Shown here piece after piece: positions 8,821 to 16,752 of a stretch of DNA of 64,000 nucleotides. Position 1 is the stretch's first letter; each line of letters begins with the position of its first letter. The position numbers and the translations under genes are program-made. Location: positions 3,815-67,814 of the forward strand of contig CAKUFK010000008.1 of NCBI GenBank assembly GCA_934647945.1, in the 5' to 3' direction. This DNA is from an uncultured Eubacteriales bacterium (GTDB taxonomy: Bacteria; Bacillota; Clostridia; Oscillospirales; Acutalibacteraceae). The notes under the pieces are model-generated. The model had not been told where the DNA came from, made no database searches, and saw only the letters and a list, made by a program, of their open reading frames with translations.

Positions 8821-9783
8821 GTGGAGAATCCCAACGATACGTTTGACTTTAAGGACTTCATCCTATCCATTTTGCGCCGGTGGAGACTTTTTCTCCTTTG
8901 TCTGCTGCTGTTTGCATTCGTCGGCGCAGGACTGCGGGCGTTCAGCTTTGTCCGGAATTCCTCTGAACCGGACGGAAAAAAAAGCCTGTCGGCGGAGCAA
9001 TATGAGCGGCTGACCAATCAGGAAAAGATGCTGAAAGTCCAGATCGAGGAGCAGGGGAACTACCTGGCCAACAGCCTCTACCTCAATTTGGATGTCTGGC
9101 AGCTGCAAACCTGTGAGATCGTGCTGACTCTCGCCCCCCGTCAAACCCTTTCCTCTGAGATGGACGCCTTCCAGCTCAAAAGTCATACCGCCGCGTTGGG
9201 AGATGTGCTGCGCGGCGCCCTTCTGGGGGACGACACCGCCTCGGCCGTATCCAAGGCCCTCGGCTTGGATGAAGCCCAGCAGCGGTATGTCAAGGAACTC
9301 ATTTCCATTGAATATCTGGACGATACGGCCGCGCTGCTGCTGCGTTCCGTCTATTCCACGCGGGAGGGGGCCAAGGCCATAGCCGACGCGGCCTATCAGA
9401 CGGTGACGAGCACCTTCTCCAAGTCCGGCGCCTTCTCATCCGCCTACACCCTGGAAAAAATGGGCGAATCGGTTTACGGGACCTATACGGATGAAAGTCT
9501 GCTCCGGCGCAGCGAGGCGGAAACCCAGCTGGCCAATCTGCAGACGGCACTGACCGCGGTCCAGGAGCAGCTGCGGACCGCGCCGGTCACAGGGAGTTTC
9601 AGCGTCTCCTCCTGTATCAAATACGGCATACTCGGCGGCGCCGCCGGGCTGCTCATCGCGTTTTTGCTGACGTTTTTGCTGGACATCATGGATCCCCGGC
9701 TGCGTCACGCCGGTCAGCTCAAAAAGGATTTGGGCCTGAAAGTTCTGGGATCTCTGTCGAAGAAACAGACGAAGGGCAAATAG
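8821..9783 (+). CDS. Wzz/CpsC-like polysaccharide chain-length determinant (PCP)
   Basis: 320 aa with a GTG start. N-terminal TM (WRLFLLCLLLFAFVGAGL), a long coiled periplasm-like region, and a C-terminal TM (GILGGAAGLLIAFLLTFLLDI). This is PCP topology. The opening FDFKDFILSILRRW is typical of a Wzz domain. Confidence 0.75.
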   Translation: MENPNDTFDFKDFILSILRRWRLFLLCLLLFAFVGAGLRAFSFVRNSSEPDGKKSLSAEQYERLTNQEKMLKVQIEEQGNYLANSLYLNLDVWQLQTCEIVLTLAPRQTLSSEMDAFQLKSHTAALGDVLRGALLGDDTASAVSKALGLDEAQQRYVKELISIEYLDDTAALLLRSVYSTREGAKAIADAAYQTVTSTFSKSGAFSSAYTLEKMGESVYGTYTDESLLRRSEAETQLANLQTALTAVQEQLRTAPVTGSFSVSSCIKYGILGGAAGLLIAFLLTFLLDIMDPRLRHAGQLKKDLGLKVLGSLSKKQTKGK

Positions 9784-9822
9784 TTTGAAAGAAAGGCACC
9801 GCCTTACTTTCAAACGGGTTTT
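9783..9822 (+). terminator. Hairpin plus short T-tract right after the wzz-like stop (terminator or attenuator)
   Basis: GTTTGAAAGAAAGG-CACCG-CCTTACTTTCAAAC followed by GGGTTTTG. Confidence 0.4.
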
Positions 9823-9889
9823 GTGCCTTTCCGGCTTCGCCGGGACCGGCATAACTCCCCGGTCTCTAGAAAGGAATTGAGTTATCGAC

Positions 9890-10318
9890 ATGTTGAATTG
9901 TATCGACCGTTGGATAGACCGCCTGGACGGCGTATATGAACCGCCCTGTTCCACCGCGGAAGCCGTAGACAATATCGCCGGGACCCTGCTTCATCTGGGC
10001 GGCGACACGCCCCGGCATATCGCCGTGGTCAGCACCCTTCGTTCCGGGGAACCGGCGCGCTGCTGCTCCCTGCTGGTCGAGCGGCTGAAGGCCATGGGCC
10101 ACACAGCCTGCGTCGACGGCGGCAAGGACGCGGCCTGCGCGTTTGTCTTTCATCCCTGTGATGAAATCCTTTCACAGGAAAGAAGCCGCCCCCTTCTCCA
10201 GGTATGCCGGGAGACGATTTTTGTGGAGGCTCTGAAAAAATCGTCGGTTTCCTCGATACGGGAAGCCTGTTCCATTATGGGGGAAAAGACCGACATTCTC
10301 GGGGTCATCCTCGTTTGA
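9890..10318 (+). CDS. Truncated, degenerate BY-kinase (CpsD/Wze)-like protein lacking the Walker A lysine
   Basis: 142 aa. HIAVVSTLRSGEPARCCSLLVERLKAMG occupies the place of the usual ...TS..PGEGKST...NLA...A..G P-loop segment. The C-terminus DILGVILV mimics the ...ILGVVLN end. No GK[ST], no Walker B aspartate and no C-terminal Tyr cluster. Confidence 0.5.
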   Translation: MLNCIDRWIDRLDGVYEPPCSTAEAVDNIAGTLLHLGGDTPRHIAVVSTLRSGEPARCCSLLVERLKAMGHTACVDGGKDAACAFVFHPCDEILSQERSRPLLQVCRETIFVEALKKSSVSSIREACSIMGEKTDILGVILV

Positions 10319-10345
10319 TCCATATAAGCGTTTTTTCCGAACCGC

Positions 10346-11494
10346 GTGTGCTCTATATATGAGGGATGTGAGCGATTGAACTTTATAACAGCCGTTTCAA
10401 CGATCTACGTGGCCGCTTTTGTCCTCATCTATATTGTCGCCGCGTGCAAGAACGTGCGCATCAAGGCCACACAACTGTATGCCCTGACGTTCGGCTTCAT
10501 CCTCTCGCTGTCCATCATCGCCTTTTTCACCAAACCGTATAAGGACGACGACCTGACATTTTATTATCAGCTGTTGCAGGAGATGCGCCAGAATGGGCTG
10601 CGTTGGACCTTGACGGAGTCCATTTATGCATCTGACGTCGTTGTCAATTTGTATTTTTATCTGATTGCCTGGACGGGGGTCTTTCAGCTCCTCCCGGCCC
10701 TGTCCATCGCGATCATTTATTCGTTGCTGTTCGCCTCGCTGTATCAGATACAGAATCGGTATAAGACGTCTCCCTATTCCCTCCTTTTCTTCCTGATCGT
10801 GCATTTCTCCTTCCTGTTTTTCCGCTGGACGCTCTCCGGCATCCGGAATTATCTGGCTTTCGCCCTCTTCGCCTATGCGGTCATACGGGAATTCGCGCTG
10901 AAAAAACAGGGACCGCTGAACTGGGTGCTTTATCTGACGGCTACCTTTACGCATTTTTCCCTGGCGTTCTTTTTGCTCATCCGCGTATTATGCTCCCGGC
11001 GCCTGTATGGCTATGTGCGGCGCTGGAAATATGTTCTTGTCGGCTGGGGGCTCATCTCCGGCCTTGCGGCGCGTCTGCTCACCCTTGTTCCTATCGGCAT
11101 CGTACAGAAGATCGGAGCCAAAATCCAAGTGTATTTTCTGTATATGGAGTTTGACATGCGCAAGGTTGTGCTGCGTTTCCTGTTATTCGCGTTGATGTTG
11201 TTCATGTACGGCATGGTCCACAAACACAACCGGCAGGCCATCGCCGACAAACAGCGATATTATGCGTTCCTTGAAATATCCATGCTCCTGATCCTGGGGT
11301 CGGTTTTTATCCCGCTTCTGTTCGACCGTTGCGTCAGTTTTCTGTTGTTCGCTGGCTTTCCTTTGTTTGCCGATTTTTTCGCCTGCACGGAAAAACGCAG
11401 CCGGTATTTGTTTCTATCCCTGCTCATTCCCCCCACAGCCTTCATGGCCGGCATTCAGCTTGTTGATGCGTATAATTTCTGGGCATTCTTTTAG
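10346..11494 (+). CDS. EpsG/Wzy-like polysaccharide polymerase (polytopic membrane protein)
   Basis: 382 aa with about 10 or more hydrophobic segments. Low overall conservation, as is typical for Wzy. It sits between Wzz and Wzx. The start codon is uncertain (GTG at 10346, or an internal TTG). Confidence 0.65.
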   Translation: MCSIYEGCERLNFITAVSTIYVAAFVLIYIVAACKNVRIKATQLYALTFGFILSLSIIAFFTKPYKDDDLTFYYQLLQEMRQNGLRWTLTESIYASDVVVNLYFYLIAWTGVFQLLPALSIAIIYSLLFASLYQIQNRYKTSPYSLLFFLIVHFSFLFFRWTLSGIRNYLAFALFAYAVIREFALKKQGPLNWVLYLTATFTHFSLAFFLLIRVLCSRRLYGYVRRWKYVLVGWGLISGLAARLLTLVPIGIVQKIGAKIQVYFLYMEFDMRKVVLRFLLFALMLFMYGMVHKHNRQAIADKQRYYAFLEISMLLILGSVFIPLLFDRCVSFLLFAGFPLFADFFACTEKRSRYLFLSLLIPPTAFMAGIQLVDAYNFWAFF

Positions 11495-11704
11495 CAGTAT
11501 CCCGTCATATGCGCCGAGGCCGCCCGATGATAGTCCCCGCGAATCCTCTAAGACCCTTTTATCGGTACCGTGCGGCCCATTCATGCGCAAAACGGTAATT
11601 GCCCCATCCCGAATCCGGACCAACACGCCGTGTCTGACGGTGTTCGGGTTTCGATTCAGGTTTACGCGGAATATATCGGTCCGCCGAAAAAGGCAGGGAT
11701 GTAA

Positions 11705-13195
11705 ATGTCGAAATCCGTTACCAAAAATATGATGGCCAAGATGGCGCTCAATATCCTCAATGTCGTCCTGCCGCTCATCACCGGCCCCTATCTGGCACAC
11801 GTCCTCGATGTCGAACTCTATGGCCAGTACAACCGTGCGTTCGCTCTCATCAGCTGGTTTATCCCTTTTGCCTCGTTGGGAATATACAATTACGGGATCC
11901 GGGTCATCAGCCAGGCCAAAAAAGACCCAGTCCGTCTGGAAACCCTTTTCACCTCCCTGTTCACCATGGGGGTGATCAGCACCACGCTCGTGACCGGCGT
12001 TTATCTGCTCTACGCGCTGTTCGTCCCGTCGGCCGCCCTGGTCCCGCTTTATCTCTTGCTCTCCATTCAGCTGGTTGCCAGTGCCTTCCTCGTGGAGTGG
12101 ATGAACGAGGCATTTGAAAATTACGGGTTCATCCTCTATAAAACGCTCATTATCCGCGTACTGTATGTCATCAGCATTTTTATATTCGTCCGTAAGTCTG
12201 GAGACATCCTGCCCTATACCTTCATTGCCTCCCTCGTCCTTCTGGTCAACAACCTGTGCAGCTTTGCCTATGTCAAACGCAAGGTACGGTTCCGCCGGAT
12301 CGGCAAACGGGATCTGACCGGACTGATCAAGCCTCTGCTGGTCATGCTCCTGCTGACCAACGCCAGCATGTTCTACACCACGCTGGACCGGTTGTTTTTG
12401 TCCGTATTTGCCAAGGATACTCCCGCGTACACCTCCTTTTACACCTTCTCGCTGACCATCACGCAGCTCATCACCAACGTCATCAACGCAATTGTACTGG
12501 CGACGATTCCGCGTCTGGCCGCTTATCTGGGGGAAAACCGGCAGGAAGACTATCACAGGCTGCTGCATTCCTCCTCCCGCACCTTTTTCATGTTGGGAAT
12601 CCCCATGTCGATCGGGATCAGCGTCATGGCATATCCCATCATGTTTATTTACGGAAACGAGGCCTATCTGCCGGCCGGCCTCACGCTCGCCATTTTCGGC
12701 GTCCGCTGCCTGCTGTGGCTGTGCGATATCGTGCTGGCCAACCAGGTGATTTTTGTCCACGGCAAGGAGTCCCTGCTCACCCGCATCTATTTTACAGGAG
12801 GGGCGGTCAACCTGCTGCTCAACAGCCTGCTGGTCGTATTCCGTCAGGTGCGCCCCGAATGGATGATCCTGACCACCATTGTCTCCGAGATCGTGCTCGT
12901 CCTGCTTCAGTGGCGATGTGTGCGTCTGAACTTCGGCAAATCCATTCGCGTTTTCGACTGGCACACCCTGAAATATCTGCTCACCGCCCTATGCTTCTAT
13001 CCGATCGTGATCCTGATCAACCGGTTCGGCGGGCTGCAGTTCCGCTACGACATGCGTTTTTTCACTATCGTCGTGATCTCGGTCGGCGTTTGCGCCGTCT
13101 TCTACGGTACCGTCCTGCTCGCAACCAAAGACGAAGCTCTGTTCCATTTGCTCCGGACAGTCAAAAACAAAATCTTCCGCCGCGGCTCGCGGTAG
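11705..13195 (+). CDS. Wzx-type oligosaccharide flippase (MOP superfamily)
   Basis: 496 aa with about 12-14 TMs. The N-terminus MAKMALNILNVVLPLITGPYLAHVLDVELYGQYNRAFALISWF is typical of polysaccharide biosynthesis flippases. Confidence 0.85.
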   Translation: MSKSVTKNMMAKMALNILNVVLPLITGPYLAHVLDVELYGQYNRAFALISWFIPFASLGIYNYGIRVISQAKKDPVRLETLFTSLFTMGVISTTLVTGVYLLYALFVPSAALVPLYLLLSIQLVASAFLVEWMNEAFENYGFILYKTLIIRVLYVISIFIFVRKSGDILPYTFIASLVLLVNNLCSFAYVKRKVRFRRIGKRDLTGLIKPLLVMLLLTNASMFYTTLDRLFLSVFAKDTPAYTSFYTFSLTITQLITNVINAIVLATIPRLAAYLGENRQEDYHRLLHSSSRTFFMLGIPMSIGISVMAYPIMFIYGNEAYLPAGLTLAIFGVRCLLWLCDIVLANQVIFVHGKESLLTRIYFTGGAVNLLLNSLLVVFRQVRPEWMILTTIVSEIVLVLLQWRCVRLNFGKSIRVFDWHTLKYLLTALCFYPIVILINRFGGLQFRYDMRFFTIVVISVGVCAVFYGTVLLATKDEALFHLLRTVKNKIFRRGSR

Positions 13196-13277
13196 CCGGT
13201 GCCATCCGGTCGCGCGGCGCGCGTTTATATTTCCAGAGCAGACCGATCCAGATGGCCCCCTACCGAATCCAAAGCGC

Positions 13278-13323
13278 AAAAAATCGGCTTTCACCGCCAG
13301 AAGCGGACGAAAGCCGATTTTTT
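13278..13323. terminator. Bidirectional hairpin terminator between wzx and the GNAT gene
   Basis: AAAAAATCGGCTTTC...GAAAGCCGATTTTTT, with A/T tracts on both sides. Confidence 0.6.
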
Positions 13324-13788
13324 TCATTCCCCTGTCTGCGCGGCATATAACCGTATGGGGTTCCCCTCTTCATCCTCTGCCATGGTCATAAAATGCCATC
13401 CGCACGTTTCATAAAATGCGGTATGATCCGTAACCAGATATAGGGTTCCGGTCCCCATCTCCGCCGCTTCCTTTTTCACATGGTCCAGAAGCAACCGGGC
13501 GATTCCCCGCCTCCGGTAGTGCTCTTCCACATACAGCGCACAAACATTGGGAGTCAGGTCGCGACGGCTGTGATAATCATGATCGATCAAGCCGACACCC
13601 GCCACGATCTCCCCTGCTTCCTTTTGCACGATATACCATTGGGGGATTCCGGCCTTTTGCCGGATTCCCTGCCGGATACTGTCCCGGTACACCTCCGCAG
13701 GAATCCCCCACTTTTCGTGGAACCAGCAGGCGGCTTCGTCCAGGCGGTCCGGGCAGTCCCGCAGCGCCGTCAGACACAACACGTCCAT
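13324..13788 (-). CDS. GNAT-family N-acetyltransferase
   Basis: Part of ORF 13324..14013. LYVEEHYRRRGIARLLLDHVKKEAAEMG is the acetyl-CoA-binding motif A (R/Q-x-x-G-x-A). Start is either ATG 13788 (AAAGGA 7 nt upstream) or ATG 13806. Confidence 0.8.
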   Translation of the reverse strand: MDVLCLTALRDCPDRLDEAACWFHEKWGIPAEVYRDSIRQGIRQKAGIPQWYIVQKEAGEIVAGVGLIDHDYHSRRDLTPNVCALYVEEHYRRRGIARLLLDHVKKEAAEMGTGTLYLVTDHTAFYETCGWHFMTMAEDEEGNPIRLYAAQTGE

Positions 13789-13814
13789 TAGGCTGTCCTT
13801 TCTCATTGTACCGC

Positions 13815-14420
13815 TTATTTCCACAGATCCTCCCGCCAGTCGATCCCTTCCCGCTCTAGGAGTATGGCCCTCACCGGGGCGCCGTCCGCCCCCGCGATTT
13901 TCAGAGGGGCGGCGAACAGAAAATAGGTGCCCGGTGCCGCCTTCGAGAGATCCAGCCCCTCGAGAAGGAGCATGCCCGCCCCAAGCAGCTGGCGATGGAC
14001 CGCGGCCGTACATTCCGGCGGGGATACCGACTGCGCTTCGACACCCAAAAGCTCAAGCCCCGCATCGGACAACACGAACGCGGCGCTTGGGCTGATCTGG
14101 ACCCGCCCTTTGAACAAGATGCGCTTTTTGAGTTTCGGCAGCATCTCCTCCGCCTGGGCGCCGAGGAGGAGCCCTTCTCCCTCCACCACGCTGCATTCCC
14201 CTATACAGGCCGTTAAAGGCAGCTCGTCAATCGTCTGCCCATCCGGCATAAAATGCCGCGGTGCGTCGAGATGGGTCCCGTTATGCAGACAGGCGTACAA
14301 TGCGGACACATTGCATTCGTCCCCGAGCCGGATACGGCGCAGCTCTTCCATATGTGGAGCCGGATCGCCCGGATATACAGGTGACCCGAGCAGTTCCCGG
14401 GTGATATCGATGCATTTCAT
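13815..14420 (-). CDS. Cyclase-family protein (kynurenine formamidase-like)
   Basis: 201 aa. Contains the HxGTHxDxPxH motif as HNGTHLDAPRH, characteristic of the putative-cyclase/arylformamidase family. Confidence 0.8.
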   Translation of the reverse strand: MKCIDITRELLGSPVYPGDPAPHMEELRRIRLGDECNVSALYACLHNGTHLDAPRHFMPDGQTIDELPLTACIGECSVVEGEGLLLGAQAEEMLPKLKKRILFKGRVQISPSAAFVLSDAGLELLGVEAQSVSPPECTAAVHRQLLGAGMLLLEGLDLSKAAPGTYFLFAAPLKIAGADGAPVRAILLEREGIDWREDLWK

Positions 14421-14593
14421 GGGCGCCCTCCTCTTTTTTAAATCGTTGTTTTATTATAAACCCGTTTTCTTTGTCTGACAAGCCGTATATTTTCGCCTTT
14501 TTACAAATTTTTTCACCAGAATCAAACATCGCCCCGCATATACTAACGAAAACAAGCAGGCGCACGATACCGACGTGAAAGGAGCGGATTATC

Positions 14594-15574
14594 ATGAACA
14601 CGCGGCTCAAATTGCCATTATGCGGCATCATCCTGGCCGTTTTTATTTTTTCACCGCCAGTCTGCTCCGGCAGCGGCCAGCTATACACGGCCGCCTACAC
14701 AGCGTCAGGCGGCTCCGAAACGGCACAAGTCCTGATCGACGGAGGCCCTGCTTATTTCCTTTATCGTCCGGAACACGCTCCATCCGGTCCGCTGGGATCC
14801 TATCGTCGCTATACCGGTCTTGAAGACACACAGCCCCTTCCCGTGCGGGAGGAACAGGTACTGGCCCTGCTGGGCTCGGGCTATCCCTTCAATATCGGAG
14901 GAGCAAAGCAGCAATACGGCCTGACCGACGCCGAAGCCTACCGGCTGACGCAGCAGGCCTTATGGATCCTGACCGGTCAGGACGATGGATACGAATCACC
15001 CGATCTGACGCCGGAACAAACCGCCTATCTGCACGCACTGCTCGCCGCCGGACAGGAGGCTGCGCCGGCGCTGAGCCGGCTGGACCTGTCTCCGGATACA
15101 GTCCGGTTCACACAGACGGAACAGGAGTTCCGCACCGATGTGATTCAAAGCAACATCCTGCCGTTCGGCTCCTTGGACTTTTCCGGCCTTCCAGCGCACA
15201 TCCGCGTCCTATCGGAGGAGGGAACCCCCATTTCCTCGCCGGCGGCGGCCGGCTCCCGCTTTATCCTCGCCTCGGATGGGCCGGTCCCATCCGGCGTCCT
15301 GACCCTTCGGTATCTATGTCCGGCGCCTATCCTATATCGCTATGATCCCTCCGGCGACGGTTCCGGTGCTCTCATTCGGGCCGGGCGAAACAGCAGCAGC
15401 GAAACCGTATCCGTCCATCTGACGGTGGAAAGCACGCTGGAGACACCCGCCAGTCAAAATCCTGGAACAGGCCGTACCCTGTTCACCGCCATGTGCGCGC
15501 TGGGGGTAGCGGGGCTCTGTATCCTGCTATTGTCTGTCCCGATCCGCAGACGGAAACGGACAGCCGGAAAGTAA
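14594..15574 (+). CDS. Secreted surface protein with a thioester-domain (TQXA)-like region lacking the thioester Cys, and a sortase-like C-terminal sorting signal
   Basis: 326 aa. Signal peptide MNTRLKLPLCGIILAVFIFSPP. TQQALW matches the TQxA[IVL]W motif of thioester domains, preceded by LLGSGYPFN. The C-terminus is NPGTG, then a hydrophobic stretch (RTLFTAMCALGVAGLCILLLSV), then a basic tail (RRRKRTAGK). Confidence 0.6.
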   Translation: MNTRLKLPLCGIILAVFIFSPPVCSGSGQLYTAAYTASGGSETAQVLIDGGPAYFLYRPEHAPSGPLGSYRRYTGLEDTQPLPVREEQVLALLGSGYPFNIGGAKQQYGLTDAEAYRLTQQALWILTGQDDGYESPDLTPEQTAYLHALLAAGQEAAPALSRLDLSPDTVRFTQTEQEFRTDVIQSNILPFGSLDFSGLPAHIRVLSEEGTPISSPAAAGSRFILASDGPVPSGVLTLRYLCPAPILYRYDPSGDGSGALIRAGRNSSSETVSVHLTVESTLETPASQNPGTGRTLFTAMCALGVAGLCILLLSVPIRRRKRTAGK

Positions 15575-15606
15575 AATCCCCCGCGGCAGCCGCGAGGGAT
15601 TTTTTG
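15575..15606. terminator. Hairpin terminator between the surface-protein gene and pfkA
   Basis: AAAATCCCCCGCGGCAGCCGCGAGGGATTTTTT. Confidence 0.5.
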
Positions 15607-15632
15607 TTTTGTGTAAGGGGGATCCGCCTATA

Positions 15633-16601
15633 TCAGATCGAGATTTCATGAGCAATCCGGTACAGCTCGAAATCGAAGGGCTTTTTCATCTGCAGGGCCT
15701 CTTCGATATCATAATCGACGAGGTGGTCATCTTTGATGCTGACCACACGGTTGCTCTTTCCATCGAGGAGCAGCTCCACCGCATGATACCCCATCCGGCT
15801 CGCAATAACGCGGTCCCGCACCGTCGGGCTGCCTCCGCGCTGCACATGACCGAGAATGGTCGCGCGGGTCTCGAACCCGGTGGACTCTTCGATCCGGGCG
15901 GCAAGCTCCATGACATGGCCGACACCTTCCGCCACTACGATGATAAAATGCTTTTTGCCGGTGGCCGAGATTCTAATCATCCGCTCCACGATATCCCGGT
16001 CGAAATCATACGGGACCTCCGGTACCAGGATGCTGGTGGCGCCGGTGGCGATCCCCACGTTGAGCGCGAGATACCCCGCCCGGCGGCCCATCACCTCCAC
16101 GACGCTGCAGCGATCATGGGACTGGGCGGTGTCGCGCAATTTATCGATCATTTCGAGGCTGGTGTTGAGGGCCGTGTCATATCCGATGGTTTGCTCACAG
16201 CAGGAGATATCGTTGTCGATGGTGCCGGGCAGGCCGACACAGGGAATCCCCCGCTGGGTCAGATCCTTGGCGCCGCGGAAAGAGCCGTCACCACCGATGA
16301 CTACCAGCCCCTCAATGCCGTACTGCCGGCAGGTAGCCACCGCTTTCTGCATCCCCTCTTCGGTGCAGAACTCGGGGCTACGGGCGGTATACAGCATGGT
16401 GCCGCCCCGATGGATGATGTCCGACACGCTGCGCAGATCCATCTCCACAAGGTCCCCGTTGATCAGGCCGTTGTACCCACGGTACACGCCATACACCTGC
16501 ACACCCTTGCTCAAAGCGGTACGGACAACGGCCCGCACGGCGGCATTCATGCCCGGAGCGTCCCCGCCGCTGGTCAGTACCGCGAGTTTTTTGATAGACA
16601 T
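15633..16601 (-). CDS. pfkA: ATP-dependent 6-phosphofructokinase
   Basis: 322 aa. MSIKKLAVLTSGGDAPGMNAAVRAVVR...GGDGSFRGA...PGTIDNDI...MGRRAGYLAL are canonical PfkA motifs. Also fits the conserved dnaE-pfkA synteny. Confidence 0.95.
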   Translation of the reverse strand: MSIKKLAVLTSGGDAPGMNAAVRAVVRTALSKGVQVYGVYRGYNGLINGDLVEMDLRSVSDIIHRGGTMLYTARSPEFCTEEGMQKAVATCRQYGIEGLVVIGGDGSFRGAKDLTQRGIPCVGLPGTIDNDISCCEQTIGYDTALNTSLEMIDKLRDTAQSHDRCSVVEVMGRRAGYLALNVGIATGATSILVPEVPYDFDRDIVERMIRISATGKKHFIIVVAEGVGHVMELAARIEESTGFETRATILGHVQRGGSPTVRDRVIASRMGYHAVELLLDGKSNRVVSIKDDHLVDYDIEEALQMKKPFDFELYRIAHEISI

Positions 16602-16752
16602 CGGTATCTCTCTCCTTATTTCCCGCGGCCCCTGCCGCTTTCCATAATGTACTCATTATACACTACCCGCCGCCCGCTGTGCAAGACTGGATTTTACCGA
16701 TAAATGCCCCGGAAAATGCCAAAATCCGGTTCATTTCACCAATTCTGTCCGG

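Noticed and set aside
9791-9831. Alternative hairpin GAAAGGCAC...GTGCCTTTC competing with the post-wzz hairpin (possible attenuator)
   Set aside because: Its 3' arm lies downstream of the T-tract, so it could not prevent termination co-transcriptionally. It is probably incidental.
11414-12964. 516-aa minus-strand ORF (and the 364-aa plus-strand ORF 12256..13350 in another frame)
   Set aside because: Both overlap the Wzx flippase frame, which has coherent TM periodicity. These alternatives are charged, low-complexity shadows.
15609-16703. 364-aa plus-strand ORF and other long ORFs opposite pfkA, asnA, rnr, galM, the desulfurase, cdaR and the SpoIID-like gene
   Set aside because: All are antisense to genes with canonical motifs. 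None has an RBS or a recognisable domain.
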